DNA of 64,000 bases from Octopus vulgaris (Eukaryota): NCBI GenBank assembly GCA_951406725.2, contig OX597815.1:208444001-208508000 (forward strand). Direction: 5' to 3'. The notes below the pieces were generated by a model that was not told where the DNA came from, did not search any database, and was given only the letters and a program-made list of their open reading frames with translations. Shown one piece after another: positions 1 through 12,683 of the stretch. Numbering within the stretch: position 1 is the first letter of the stretch; each line of letters begins with the position of its first letter. The position numbers were made by a program, and so were the translations under genes.

Positions 1-586
1 ACCATATTAAATAAATGAAGGAAGGAATAAATAAATAAATAAATAAATGAACAGATAAAATTCCATTGCTTAGCATTTCACATTTTTAATTATTGTATTA
101 GTCTTTTCATGTATTACGTTTTTTTGTGAATTTTCTGAAGCACATTGATTATTGGTAAAATTGTTAAAATGTCTGGTAAATGCTGTGCAGTATTTGTTCT
201 GGCCCTTTACATTCTGAGTTCAAGTCCTGCTGCGGTCAAATAAAGTAACAATGAAGTGCCAGAGTAAATTTCTTTGACTGGTAACTTTTTCTCAAATTTT
301 TGGTTGTGTTCTTATACAAGAAACAATAATTATGTTGTAAATGCTTGATGAAACTTTGAACAAAGCAGGTGAGAAGTTTGTCAAAATATGTAAGGTGAAA
401 GAGAAATCATGTTGTATGGTAGCATGTATGTAAATGTTTAATGATCCTATAATATTTTGGAAAAGTTTCCCCTTTTCAAATTGCAGGAAGAAAATAATCA
501 GACTTCAGAGAAACGTATTGTTACTGGTAGACCATTCTAGCATGTATTTTCTGGTAAATATAAAATCATTAAACAACCTATATAAG

Positions 587-912
587 TTCTATATTTAAGA
601 GATGAGGAATTATGTACATTGTTTACATTCGACAGATTTTTGGCCTCATCCACGGGCATATGGCGTAGTGGTTAAGAGTGCGGGCTACTAACCCCAAGAT
701 TCTGAGTTCGATTCCAAGCAGTGACCTGAACAATAACAATAATAATAATAATAATAACAACATCAAAAAATACCTTAGGAATGAGAACCCAGGTTTTAAA
801 TTTCCCCAAGACACCTGAAGAAGGCTGGAGGGTATATCAGCTGAAATGTTGTGTTAATAACAAACAAGATGAGGATAAATACCCGTTAAATGTAAATAAT
901 GTAAATAATGTA
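587..912 (+). mobile_element. tRNA-headed SINE-like element carrying a hammerhead motif and a PLE-style inverted terminal segment
   Basis: Direct repeat AACCTATATAAG at 575-586 and 913-924 (TSD). A box TGGCGTAGTGG 661-671, B box GAGTTCGATTCC 704-715, (AAT)n spacer, hammerhead 810-855, tail (TGTAAATAA)n. 601-650 is a diverged reverse complement of the 3' end from 868. Confidence 0.8.
810..855 (+). ncRNA. Minimal type-I hammerhead ribozyme motif
   Basis: GACAC-CTGAAGA-A-GGCTG..CAGCT-GAAA-TG-TT-GTGTT. Stem I GACAC/GTGTT, canonical CUGANGA and GAAA boxes, stem II GGCTG/CAGCT. Stem III is reduced to AATGTT (likely CpG-decayed AACGTT palindrome); predicted cut after 850. Confidence 0.75.
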
Positions 913-1053
913 AACCTATATAAGGTAATACGAAAATTTTTTTGTTGTTTTTTTCATTTTTTGACACAAACTTACATGTTTTGCTTAACTTCTCACCTGC
1001 ATTAAATTTTTTTTTTTTTTTGGCGAGGGGGTTCCAGACATTTATGTCATTTA

Positions 1054-1504
1054 TGCCGTCTGCCAGCCTCGTCTGGCACCTGTGTCGGTGGCACATAAAA
1101 AACACCATCCGAGCTTGGCCGTTCGCCAGCCTCGTCTGGCACCTGTGTCGGTGGCACATAAAAAACACCATCCGAGCTTGGCCGTTCGCCAGCCTCGTCT
1201 GGCACCTGTCTCGGTGGCACATAAAAAACACCATCCGAGCTTGGCCGTTTGCCAGCCTCGTCTGGCACCTGTGTCGGTGGCACATAAAAAACACCATCCG
1301 AGCTTGGCCGTTCGCCAGCCTCGTCTGGCACCTGTGTCGGTGGCACATAAAATCACCCACTACACTCTCGGAGTGGTTGGCGTTAGGAAGGGCATCCAGC
1401 TGTAGAAACACTGTCAGATCTGACTGGCCTGGTGCAGCCTTCGGGCTCCCCAGACCCCAGTTGAACCGTCCAACCCATGCTAGCATGGAAAGTGGACGTT
1501 AAAC

Positions 1505-1538
<34 letters not shown>
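1054..1538 (+). mobile_element. (GAT)n-tailed SINE-like repeat (family C) with an internal 63-bp tandem array (about 5 units)
   Basis: 63-bp units start at 1055, 1118, 1181, 1244 and 1307. The 3' part GGCGTTAGGAAGGGCATCCAGCTGTAG...GGACGTTAAACGATGATGAT recurs at 5220-5515, 8565-9050, 58566-58896 and elsewhere. Confidence 0.85.
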
Positions 1539-1753
1539 CACAGTGCAATGCTCCGAGCAAGTTACAATACTCTTTTAATTATTTTATATCTCAGAACAGA
1601 TGCTGAACTCTTTTTTAAGTCTATCATGGAGTATTTGACTTTTCAGAGTCATCTAACATTAGAACCATAATAGATTATTTTACATCACCTCTTTTAATGA
1701 AGGTCAACATAGAACAACTTGATATACATGTTTACTAGCTTTGTAGATTTATA

Positions 1754-2162
1754 TACTCTTTTACTCTTTTACTTGTTTCAGTCATTTGACTGTGGCCATG
1801 CTGGAGCACCGCCTTTAGTCGAGCAAATCGACCCCGGGACTTATTCTTTGTAAGCCCAGTACTTATTCTATCGGTCTCTTTTGCCGAACCGCTAAGTGAC
1901 GGAGATGTAAACACACCAGCATCGGTTGTCAAGCAATGCTAGAGGGACAAACACAGACACACAAACATATACATACACATACATACATATATATACATAT
2001 ATACGACAGGCTTCTTTCAGTTTCCGTCTACCAAATCCACTCACAAGGCATTGGTCAGCCCGAGGCTATAGCAGAAGACACTTGCCCAAGATGCCACACA
2101 GTGGGACTGAACCCAGAACCATGTGGTTGGTAGGCAAGCTACTTACCACACAGTCACTCCTG
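1754..2162 (-). mobile_element. tRNA-derived SINE (family A, CORE-like centre, (GTAAAAGA)n tail)
   Basis: Near-identical to the copies at 21017-21430, 46330-46840 and 47072-47475. Head has A/B boxes followed by a CTTGGGCAAGTGTCTT motif. Confidence 0.9.
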
Positions 2163-2184
2163 AGCACAGGGTAATGGATAGAAG

Positions 2185-2530
2185 CTAAAGGGTATGACCC
2201 CCTTGGGTCATGAATGACCATGTGAATGCACCATGAAAATTACCCTCCAAGGCACGAGTCAAGGCAAATTTTGTTTATGGAAGATTAGTAGTTGCTCATG
2301 CATACCAACCTCATCTCACCATGCCACTGATGTTGTCCAACAGAAAGGCAAAGACCGATACAGCTTGACCCCAGTGACATCACAGCTCAATTCTACGGAT
2401 GAGTGAACTGGAGCAATGTGAAATAAAGTGTCTTGCTCAAGAACACAACACACAGCCCAGTCCTGGAATTGAACTCACAACCTCGTGATTGTGTGCCCAA
2501 TGCTCTAACCACTGTACTGTGTGCCCTCAC
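2185..2530 (-). mobile_element. tRNA-derived SINE (family E)
   Basis: tRNA-like head plus GTGTTCTTGAGCAAGACACTTTATTTCAC, shared with 38445-38757 and 6959-7270. Confidence 0.75.
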
Positions 2531-3786
2531 TGCACAGGTGTATCACACAAAGTCAGGAAAATCATTTAGTTTTAACCCTCTCCACCGACATTAGACCTTA
2601 CGTTAATTGCAGTTTGAAGCAAAAGGGCAATTGGTGTCAATTGCTTGAAGGCAATATTTGTATGGTTGTAGCTGTAAGATAGTCTATTCTTAGTTAAAAG
2701 GCTGCAGAAATAATTTAAACTAACATAACATTATGAGACGAGAGAAGACCAGACCAAACACTGTATGTTTTGTTGAATATTTCTTCCTGCAACTATTCAC
2801 ACTAAACATCAGTAACACTTTACGAAGATGTACTTGCATAGCAAGTGACCTGATCTGAGATCGTGTGCTGGAACGAAAAAAAAAACCAGGTCTAGGTCTC
2901 AAAGCGCCGAAAATATTTTGACAAATTAAATTTAAATGTTGAAGCGAATCTAATGGTTTTTGTGTGTTTCTTAAATGGTTTATAAACACCTTCCATGCTA
3001 CAATCAATAACACTGTTATTCCTTCTATTCTAGCTCCCAGTCTTGGAAGTTGTAAATAAACATGAAAACAACGTTTAAGCCAAGGGCAAAACATTCGCAC
3101 GGATTCCTAATGTCTTTTTGAGAAAATCTTGCAACACGTTTAATCTTCAGGCATAACCTCCATTGACTCAAGGTCATAAATCTGTTGAAGTTGAGTATAG
3201 TTGGTTCTGCTTAACCCATTACATAACTGGTACTTATTTTACTAATCCCAATAGGGACAAATGTAACATCAACCCTTGTATCGTTGGAACTCAAGACATA
3301 GAGAGGTTTAGTTACGTTTTTATTTTCATACTGGTTTCAACGGTTGGACTGTTTTCATGCTTGAAAACCACCTTCAGCCTGGAGCTTATTTTATCATTTA
3401 TATTTGTCAAACTGCTAAGTTATAACCATTAAAGGACATAACATAAACAACTCTGATTGTTTAAACTGGTGGAAATATGAACACACACATATACACACAC
3501 TTTATACATACATACATACATACATACATACATACATACATTCAACATATAGATAGTGGTACACCAGCATGGCCACAGTCTTAAGGCTAAAACATATAAA
3601 GGTATAAAAGAATATATACATACATTCATACATAGACACACACATACTACATACATACAAACATACTTTCCTACGTACACACACACATACATACTTGCAT
3701 ACATACATGCATACATACATACACACATACATACCATATACATAAATACATAAAACATACATACATATAAAAAATATTCTAGATAT

Positions 3787-4020
3787 CTATTTCTTTACTA
3801 CCCACAAGGGGCTAAATAGAGAAAGGACAAACAAGGACAGACAAACGGATTAAGTCGATTATATCGACCCCAGTGCGTAACTGGTACTTAATTTATCGAC
3901 CCCGAAAGGATGAAAGGCAAAGTCGACCTTGGCGGAATTTGAACTCAGAACGTAACGGCAGACGAAATACGCCTACGCATTTCGCCCGGCGTGCTAACGA
4001 TTCTGCCAGCTCGCCGCCGT
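3787..4020 (-). mobile_element. tRNA-derived SINE (family B, Meta-like domain)
   Basis: Reverse complement of the family B copy at 4269-4500; contains GCCTTTCATCCTTTCGGGGTCGATAAATTAAGTACC. Confidence 0.9.
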
Positions 4021-4213
4021 ATAAAATATTCCAGATATCATTTGTCTACCAAATATTTCACTGTGAAGGCATCACTCAACCTAATACTATTACAGAAAAT
4101 ACTTGTCCAAGATGCTGAACCATGGAAATGAACCCAGAAACACATGGTTTTGAATCCAGTTTCTTAACCCAGCCACACCTGTTTTGTTAATCTTCTTAAA
4201 TGATAAGAACTAA

Positions 4214-4663
4214 TTAACCCCTTGCAGACAGATTTAATACTGACCGTCTGTGTAGTGTACCTGGTATTAGGCGGCGAGCTGGCAGAAACGTTAGCACGCC
4301 GGGCGAAATGCTTAGCGGCATTTCGTCTGTGTTACGTTGTGAGTTCAGATTCCGCCGAGGTCGACTTTGCCTTTCATCCTTTCGGGGTCGATAAATTAAG
4401 TACCAGTTACACACTGGGGTCGATGTAATCGACTTAATACCTATGTCTGTCCTTGTTTGTCCCCTCTGTGTTTAGCCCCTTGTGGGGCATTAAAGAAATA
4501 GGTATTAGATCGTTCAGTAACAACATCATTTTACACTGTATTTACCGATTCTTTTCGGTGTGGCATATTTGAAAACCCGGTGCTGCACAGAGTGAGACAT
4601 TGCACTGCTCACACACAGGGTTTCGATATGGTCAGCACCACTTCTCATATGCAAGGGGGTTAA
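4214..4663. mobile_element. piggyBac-type MITE interrupted by a family B SINE
   Basis: TTAA|CCCCTTGCA ... TGCAAGGGGG|TTAA termini. The SINE at about 4269-4500 is flanked by GGTATTAG repeats. Confidence 0.7.
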
Positions 4664-5185
4664 ACAAAGACAGTAGATAGCATTAAGAATCATTAGGAGT
4701 TGCTGTAATTTTTCTTTTATTACAATTGCACTATATCAGTAGTCAGGGAACCCTTTTTAACCAATTACGCCGAGGTCGACTTTGCCTTTCATCCTTTCGG
4801 GGTCGATAAATTAAGTACCAGTTACACACTGGGGTCGATGTAATCGACTTAATACCTATGTCTGTCCTTGTTTGTCCCCTCTGTGTTTAGCCCCTTGTGG
4901 GGCATTAAAGAAATAGGTATTAGATCGTTCAGTAACAACATTATTTTACACTGTATTTACCGATTCTTTTCAGTGTGGCATATTTGAAAACCCGGTGCTG
5001 CACAGAGTGAGACATTGCACTGCTCACACACAGGGTTTCGATATGGTCAGCACCACTTCTCATATGCAAGGGGGTTAAACAAAGACAGTATAAATAGCAT
5101 TAAGAATCATTAGGAGTTGCTGTAATTTTTCTTTTATTACAATTGCACTATATCAGTAGTCAGGGAACCCTTTTTAACCAATTAC
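4353..5185 (+). repeat. Local tandem duplication of about 416 bp
   Basis: 4353-4768 is repeated almost exactly at 4768-5185, covering the SINE 3' half, the MITE end and unique flank. Confidence 0.9.
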
Positions 5186-6958
5186 CCCAAAATATATTGA
5201 TTTAAGTTGAGGAGTAAAATTCCTTGTCCGTTGCCAGCCTCGCCTGGCCCCCATGCCGGTGGCACGTAAAAGCACCATCTGTTCGTGGCCGTTTGCCAGC
5301 TCCGTGTGGCACCTGTGCAGGTGGCACGTAAAAAGCACCCACTACACTCAGAGAGTGGTTGGCGTTAGGAAGGGCATCCAGCTGTAGAAACTCTGCGAGA
5401 TCAGACTGGGCCTGGTGCAGCCTTCGGGTTTCCCAGACCCCAGTTGAACCGTCCAACCCATGCTAGCATGGAAAACGGACGTTAAATGATGATGATGAGG
5501 AGGAGGAGGAGGAGTGAGATCGTTTCCACAAGTGAGATTGTTACCAGAGCAACAAGCTGGCCTTCATGCCGATGGCAGGTAAAAAGCCCCATTCAAGCAT
5601 GATCGTTACCTGGGGTTATAGTAAAAGACACTCAAGTTGTTACACAGTGGGATTGAACCCAACACCAGATGATTGAGAAGCAAGCTTCTTACTCACACAG
5701 CCACTCCTGCACCCACGACAACTTTTATTTATTTATTTATTTATTGTATTTTTTTTTTTGCTTTCTAATATTTATAAGCTGCTATTTGACAAAACCTCAC
5801 GGTTAACACTATATAAGTACTTTAGTGTTGTCTCCTAGTGATCTTAGACGATGTAGATCAATATCTCAGGTGGTGGTGGTGGTGGTAGAAGTGGGGGTGG
5901 AAGCAAGACAAGTTGTTGCTTCATTTCTCTGAAAATAAAATGTCAAAACAGAGACTAGTGGATAGTAATTTCATTTAAGTCTACAAATGACCCAAAATTA
6001 ATTGGCTTGGAAGTTCTTGTAGGACAGAACCTATAAAGAAATGCTAATGAAGAAGGTCACAAAATCTTCCGTGACATTTAATAAAGTAACTGTCAACTCT
6101 TCAAAGGAATTAAATCTGTCAACGTTGATTAGTAGTTTTCTCTCACCAAATATTGACACTAACTTAAAGTGTATAATGGCATTCTTTTAAATGAGGAATT
6201 GACTCTAGAATTGTCTAGAGGAGATTTATGCCAGCAATGCCATAATTCTCTTAAATTTGATTAGGAAATTGAAGTATGTGTATACATTTTTCACTTTATC
6301 AAATAAATAATTGATAGTAATTTTGATTGTTAACAGCCACCAAATTTCTTCTATATTCCTTCATTTTCAACAATTGAATCATCATCATCATCATAATCAT
6401 CATCGTTTAACGTCCACTGTCTAGACAGTTTGACTGAAAATGGTAAGCCAGGGAGTTGCACCAGGTTCCAATCTTATCTGGCACAGTTTTTAAGGCTGGT
6501 CTTCCAAGAGTGTAATGGGGCCGTCCAAGAATTGGGACCTGGAGATCTCCATTTCCAGCGACTTTGAGGGCCTCCTTTCAAATTACATAGTTCCAAGTTT
6601 AGTTCCATTGTGTGGTACCTTGGGCAAGTGTCTTATAACTATAACCTTGATCTGATCAAAGCCTTGGGAGCGGATTTGGCAGACAGAAACTGATGGAAGT
6701 CCATTGTGTGTGTGCTTGTGCTTATGAGTATGTGTGTATGTATGTCTGCATGTCTGTATTATGTATGTATGTTTGTATGTATATATGTATAGTGTTTCTA
6801 CAGCTGGATGCCCTTCCTAACGCCAACCACTCCGCGAGTGTAGTGGGTGTTTTTTACGTGCCACCTGCACAGGTGCCAGACAGAGTTGGCACGACGGCCA
6901 CGAACGGATGGTGCTTTTACGTGTCACCGGCACGGGGCCAGACAGAGCTGGCAAGTGA

Positions 6959-7270
6959 AGGCGCATGGCTTAGTGGTTAGGGGCATTCGGCTCATGATCG
7001 TAAGGTCATGAGTTCAGTTCCCGGCATTGCATTGTGTCCTTGAGCAAGACACTTTATTTCGCGTTGCTCCAGTTCACTCAGCTGGCAAAAATGAGTAGTA
7101 CCTGTATTTCAAAGGGCCAGCCTTGTCACACTCTATGTCATGCTGAATCTCCCTGAGAACTACGTTAAGCGTACACCTGTCTGTGGAGTGCTCAGCCACT
7201 TTCACGTTAATTTCATGAGCAAGCTGTTCCGTTGATTGTATTAGCTGGGACCCTCATCATCATAACTAAC
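6959..7270 (+). mobile_element. tRNA-derived SINE (family D)
   Basis: Head GGCGCATGGCTTAGTGGTT...GAGTTCAGTTCCC; 3' half shared with 42881-43271. Confidence 0.8.
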
Positions 7271-7280
7271 TGAGAGCTCC

Positions 7281-8070
7281 TATGTATGTATGTATGTATG
7301 TATGTATGTATGTATGTATTTATGTATGTATTTATGCATGCATGCATGTATGTATGTATGTATGTATGTATGTATGTATGTATGTATGTATGTATGTATG
7401 TATGTATGTATGTATGTATGTATGTATGTATGTATGTATGTATGTATGTATGTATCTGTGTGTGTATGTATATATGTATGCATGTATGTATGTATGTATG
7501 TATGTATGCATGCATGTATGTATGTATGTATGTATGTATGTATGTATGTATGTATGTATGTATGTATGTATTTATGTATGTATGTATGTATGTATGTATG
7601 CATGCATGTATGTATGTATGTATGAATGTATGTATGTATGTATGTATGTATGTATGTATGTATGTATGTATGTATGTATGTATGTATGTGTGTATGTATG
7701 TATGTATGTATGCATGCATGCATGTATGTATGTATGTATGTATGTATGTATGTATGTGTGTATGTATGTATATATGTATGTATGTATGTATGTATGCATG
7801 CATGTATGTATGAATGTATGTATGTATGTATGTATGTATGTATGTATGTATGTATCTATGTATGTATGTATGTATGTATGTATGTATGCATGCATGTATG
7901 TATGTATGTATGAATGTATGTATGTATGTATGTATCTGTGTATGTATGTATGTATGTATGTGTTTTTTGTGTGTGTATGTATGTACATAAATATGTATGT
8001 AGTATGTATTTATGCATGTATATATGTATGCATGCATGTATGTATATATGTGTGTGTATGTTTCCATGTG
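7281..8070. repeat. (TATG)n microsatellite array
   Basis: Direct reading. Confidence 0.98.
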
Positions 8071-9006
8071 TGTATTTCTTTGTGATTGTCTCCTGTCACC
8101 ACTTAACATAGCAGTTCTGAATAAGAAACCAACAGAATAAAAAAACTAAATACATACTGTATACATATTTATGTACATACATGCACACAAACACATACAT
8201 CTATACACACACACACACATACACACTCACTCACACACAACTTACTCTCCCAAAATTGCTGGCATTTTGCCAAAATCTGAAATCATTATCCCCCATTGAC
8301 AGGTCGCTGGTATTTATAGAGTGTTAAACACTTTCAATATGCAAATTAGGTGCTCCTTCATAGAATAACTGCTGCACTTATTGAGTAATTAAACAGTTTG
8401 GCTGCTTGTTAGTTTGGTGACTGTCAGAATGATTTGGACCTAATAAGATTTGAAAATTGATTAAGGTTGCTCATCATTTTTCTTTTTTTCAGTCTGCAGA
8501 GAAATGGCTAAAATTTGCCCTGTTTATAATTATACCATATGTTAATCGAAATAGAAATCAAATTCGATGACTGGCATCTGTGCTAGTTCAGCGCTAAGAG
8601 CACCATCCAAGCATGATCGTTGCCAGAGCAGCGAACTGGCTTCTGTGCTGGTGGCACGTATAAAGCACCATTCAAGCATGATTGTTACCAGTGTTGCCTT
8701 AATGGCACTTGTTCCGGTGGCACGTGAAAAGACATTTGAGCAAGGTTGTTGCCAGTGCTGCTGAACTGGCTCCTGTGCAGATGGCACGTAAGAAAACACC
8801 GTTTGAGTGTGGCCGTTGCCAGTACCGCCTGACTGCCCTCGTGCCTGTGGCATTTATAAGCACCCACTACACTCTCGGAGTGGTTGGCATTAGGAAGGGC
8901 ATACAGCTGTAGAAACTCTGCCAGATTGGAGCCTAGTGCAGCCATCTGTTTCACCAGTTCTTATTCAAATCATCCAACCCATGCTAGCATGGAAAGCGGA
9001 TGTTAA

Positions 9007-9051
<45 letters not shown>

Positions 9052-9277
9052 TTGCATATATATATGTATGTGTGTATGTGTATATATGTATAGATTATAA
9101 AATAACAAAAGTGGTGATATGCAATATAAAACCAACAAGGTAAAATTCAATTGTCATTAATTGTGACTGAGGGTGCAGGGTTTGTTTTGGATTTTTCTTT
9201 CTGAATTTCACTTCATATCTTATCTTTGGGTTAGCCATGTAGGGGCATATTCAGTGACAATTAGTAACAACTGAATT

Positions 9278-9319
<42 letters not shown>

Positions 9320-9450
9320 GGATGTTCCTAACGCCAACCACTCCAAAAACAGGTGAGGCTGGCAAAGACGGATATATATATATATATATAAGACAGGTGG
9401 TGTACAAAACAAACAGATGTATTAGTATAACGCTCAGGAATAGAAAAAGT

Positions 9451-9486
9451 CTTTTACGTTTCGAGCCTACACTCTTCTACAGAAAG
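9451..9486 (-). ncRNA. Minimal hammerhead ribozyme motif, core variant (A6U), in a short repeat at about 9390-9514
   Basis: Minus strand CTTT-CTGTAGA-A-GAGT gtag GCTC-GAAA-CG-TA-AAAG. Stem I CTTT/AAAG, palindromic ACGT stem III. Confidence 0.65.
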
Positions 9487-9523
9487 GGACACAGAAAAAA
9501 ACAAGGAGAAAACAAGGAGAGAA

Positions 9524-9559
<36 letters not shown>

Positions 9560-12427
9560 GTGTGTGTATGAGTGTGCACATGTTTGTGTTTAGCATCCAC
9601 CACCACTTGACAACTGGTTGGTTTGTTTACAACCCTCTAACTAAGTGGTTTGACAAAAAGTGACCAACAGAACAAATACCATGCTTAAAAATAAGTATTG
9701 GGATCAATTTGTTTGGTTAGCCCCAGTCTAATGCCCCATGGCTGCAGTCCAATGATTGAAATAAGTAAAAGAACAAAATCTCATCAAAATCCCTAAGCTA
9801 CAAAATAATGCAGGATTAAAAAATAAACAATGTGAATAAATAAGTATTTCATTTGACAGATTAATCTGAATGTTAAAGGGTCAATGTAACCATTACAAAT
9901 TAGGAGAGGACATTAGTTAAATTTTACCTTAACATCATGCTTTTAGCCAATATTGCTACATGTATGAATTCTTGGCTGCATGGTTGATGGAATAAAAACT
10001 AAGTGTAAATTGAAACTCAGCAAGAATATTTTTATTGTCAATTCCGTTGCAATTACAGCTGTTCACATTATTTAATTACTGAAGGAAAAATATTTTAATT
10101 AGAAGAATTGATAGTACAAATATTGTGACAGTTCGTTCGATTTAGGTATTTATTTGTATATTTTTTTTATAGTTCTGATATATTTATGTAATTTTGTTGA
10201 TATTTTATATTTCTGTTTTACATTTTTATGTTTCTCACTGTAATGAACAAGTTGTGATTTATCTTATAAAAAAATGCAGAAATTCATTGAATAAATATAA
10301 AAAAAAAAAATTATGATAATTTTAACATGAGAAAATTTTTTTTAAATTATATAATTTCCGAACCAGCTGTTGATTATTTAATAGAAATATGGTAAAAAAA
10401 AAAATATATAAAAAGAAAGTTATTCTAAGCAAATATTTTCATTTAAAATAAAAGAGAAAAATAAAAAACAAAAAGAGCTAATAATGACCATTTCAACTAA
10501 ATAGGAAAATGCTTTGATTTGTTTTGGATTTTACTTTCTAAATTTTATTTCATATCTTTTATTTTTGACGTGTTTCAGTCATTGGACAGCAGCCATGCAG
10601 AGGTGACATCTTGAAGGGTTTCGTTAAACAAATTGACCCGGGTACTTATTTTTTTTAAAATCTAGTATTTATTCCATTAATCTCATTTGCCTGACTACTA
10701 AGCTATGAAGGTGCAAACAAACCAACACCATTTGTCAGGTTATGTGTGGGAAATAAATGCACACACACACACACACGCACAGAGATATACACACACACAC
10801 ACATATATACGATGAGTTTCCACATAGTCTTCAGTTACCAAATTCATTCACAACACATTGTTTTACCCAGGACTGTTGTTGAAGACACTTCTCCAATGTG
10901 CCACACAGTGGAACTGAACCAGAAACATGTGAGTGCATAGCAAGCTTCTTAACCACTCAACCAATTTCATAACATAGAAGAATCTACTGAAACATAAATA
11001 AGGATAATAAGATTTCAGAGTAAACAGTGGCATAAGTTTGACTCAAAATGCTAAGTTACCTTAATAACTTATGTTTTGCTTATTTAATTATATACAAATC
11101 TATTTCTAGTTTCTGATCAGTGTAACATGTAAAGCTATAATTCCGTAGACAGCATCCTTTTGTTTCATCAATGTGTGATACCTTGTTACTATTAAAGCAA
11201 AATAGCTAGTTTATGTTGTGCTTGATTTGGACAATGCAACTCTCAAAACTGCTGATTTTCACATCAAATCTATCACGGAAAGATATGCATACAAAAGCTG
11301 TAGTCCTGCTGTTAACAACCAGTGTTGTCTTTGCTATTACTTATTTGAAATATTTATTGTCATTTTGAAGAAGATCGCTACCAACAAAAACAACAAAGTG
11401 AGAATGAAGCATAAATTAACGGAACACTTCTTTACAATCTCTTTGCAAAGCAGGTACTATTTTGATACTTTGCAAAATAGATTTGCGGTGCTTGCAAACC
11501 TTTTCCATTCAATTATCCAGAGGTGCTTGTTTGTGGAACAATGCTTATTCAATAAAAGAGATTGATGAGAGAAAGAAAAATGTATACTGTCTTAAAAAAG
11601 GATTAAGTTTGCTGATCTCTTTCATTAAAATACTTTCATAGACTCATAAAATATAATTCTTTCTTTTGAAAAAAAAATTTAATAAAATTGAGTGAAATAA
11701 AATAAATCTTTTGTAGACTATTAAGATTTGTATTGTCAAAACAAAACAAAACAAAACTTGCATTACATGCTGTTCTGCATTAAAGAGAATTAACAAATAT
11801 CTAGACTAAAAACAAATTATAACTGAATCTGAAGTTAAAACTGTGGTAGGGGATTTTTTTTGTAAGGATAGTTGTGATATTCAATGAATGATGATTTCTG
11901 ATATAATAATGGACTTGTCTGTTCACAAAGATGTTCTGGCATATTTTTAAAAGACTAAACAATAAATTATTGATTTATTTACTGGTAAAAATTTATAAAA
12001 TAGAAAGATAATTTTTTAAAAGAAAATTTTTATAAAACTATTCATAGCCTTAACCAAAAGAAATTAAAATCGTTTTTATCATGTTTAGAAAAAAAACATT
12101 CAAAATTTTATTATTAAATAGAAAACAGTTGATGTTTAAGAGAGATTTTTAGCACTCTGAAAAATTGAAGAGTTGTTAAAAGACTAATAGTTCAACCTCA
12201 AAATTTGGTAATTTCTTTTTTGCCAAACTGTATAACATTTTCAGTCCATATGTGATTTTTTCTTATTTCATATAGTTTAGCTGTCAGTTGTTTTTGGAAA
12301 CAATCATTAAATTTTCTATATTTGGTATATTCTTTTATCATAAGATACAGATGTCCATCAAATGGAACTCGTCTCTATTTATTGTCAGGCTTTTGTGAAA
12401 GCATAAATTAATTTATTAGCTATATAG

Positions 12428-12455
<28 letters not shown>

Positions 12456-12458
<3 letters not shown>

Positions 12459-12514
12459 ATGAAGCAACAAGAATGGATAGGTAAAAAACCTATCCATTCT
12501 TGTTGCTTCATTCT
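12456..12514. repeat. Perfect hairpin (27-bp arms, 5-nt loop) next to (TA)n
   Basis: AGAATGAAGCAACAAGAATGGATAGGT aaaaa ACCTATCCATTCTTGTTGCTTCATTCT. Confidence 0.9.
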
Positions 12515-12632
12515 GCTATAATCACCCCACATTACTGTATTGTTAAATCAGTATAGTTTTTTTTGGTGCATCAAAGTTAGGTACCATATTCAAGTAAATT
12601 CATTTAAATTAACTTGAATCTTTATTGCTTTT

Positions 12633-12683
<51 letters not shown>

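Noticed and set aside
654-726. Functional tRNA gene
   Set aside because: Acceptor and anticodon stems pair poorly and there is no poly-T terminator; better explained as a SINE head.
1054-1350. Regular repeat array resembling CRISPR or a repeat protein
   Set aside because: Units are contiguous with no unique spacers and lie inside a SINE; eukaryotic context with no cas genes.
2886-2926. Hammerhead-like 3' half (GCGCCGAAAATATTTTGACAAA)
   Set aside because: The 5' core (CUGANGA) is absent in this copy.
7213-8111. Long ORFs of MYVC/HTYI repeats (also at 16.3, 18.0, 22.0, 42.0 and 48.0 kb)
   Set aside because: Translations of (TATG)n/(TG)n microsatellites lacking stop codons; not genes.
11218-11565. 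115-aa ORF or terminal exon
   Set aside because: Non-ATG start, no recognisable domain and ambiguous splice signals.
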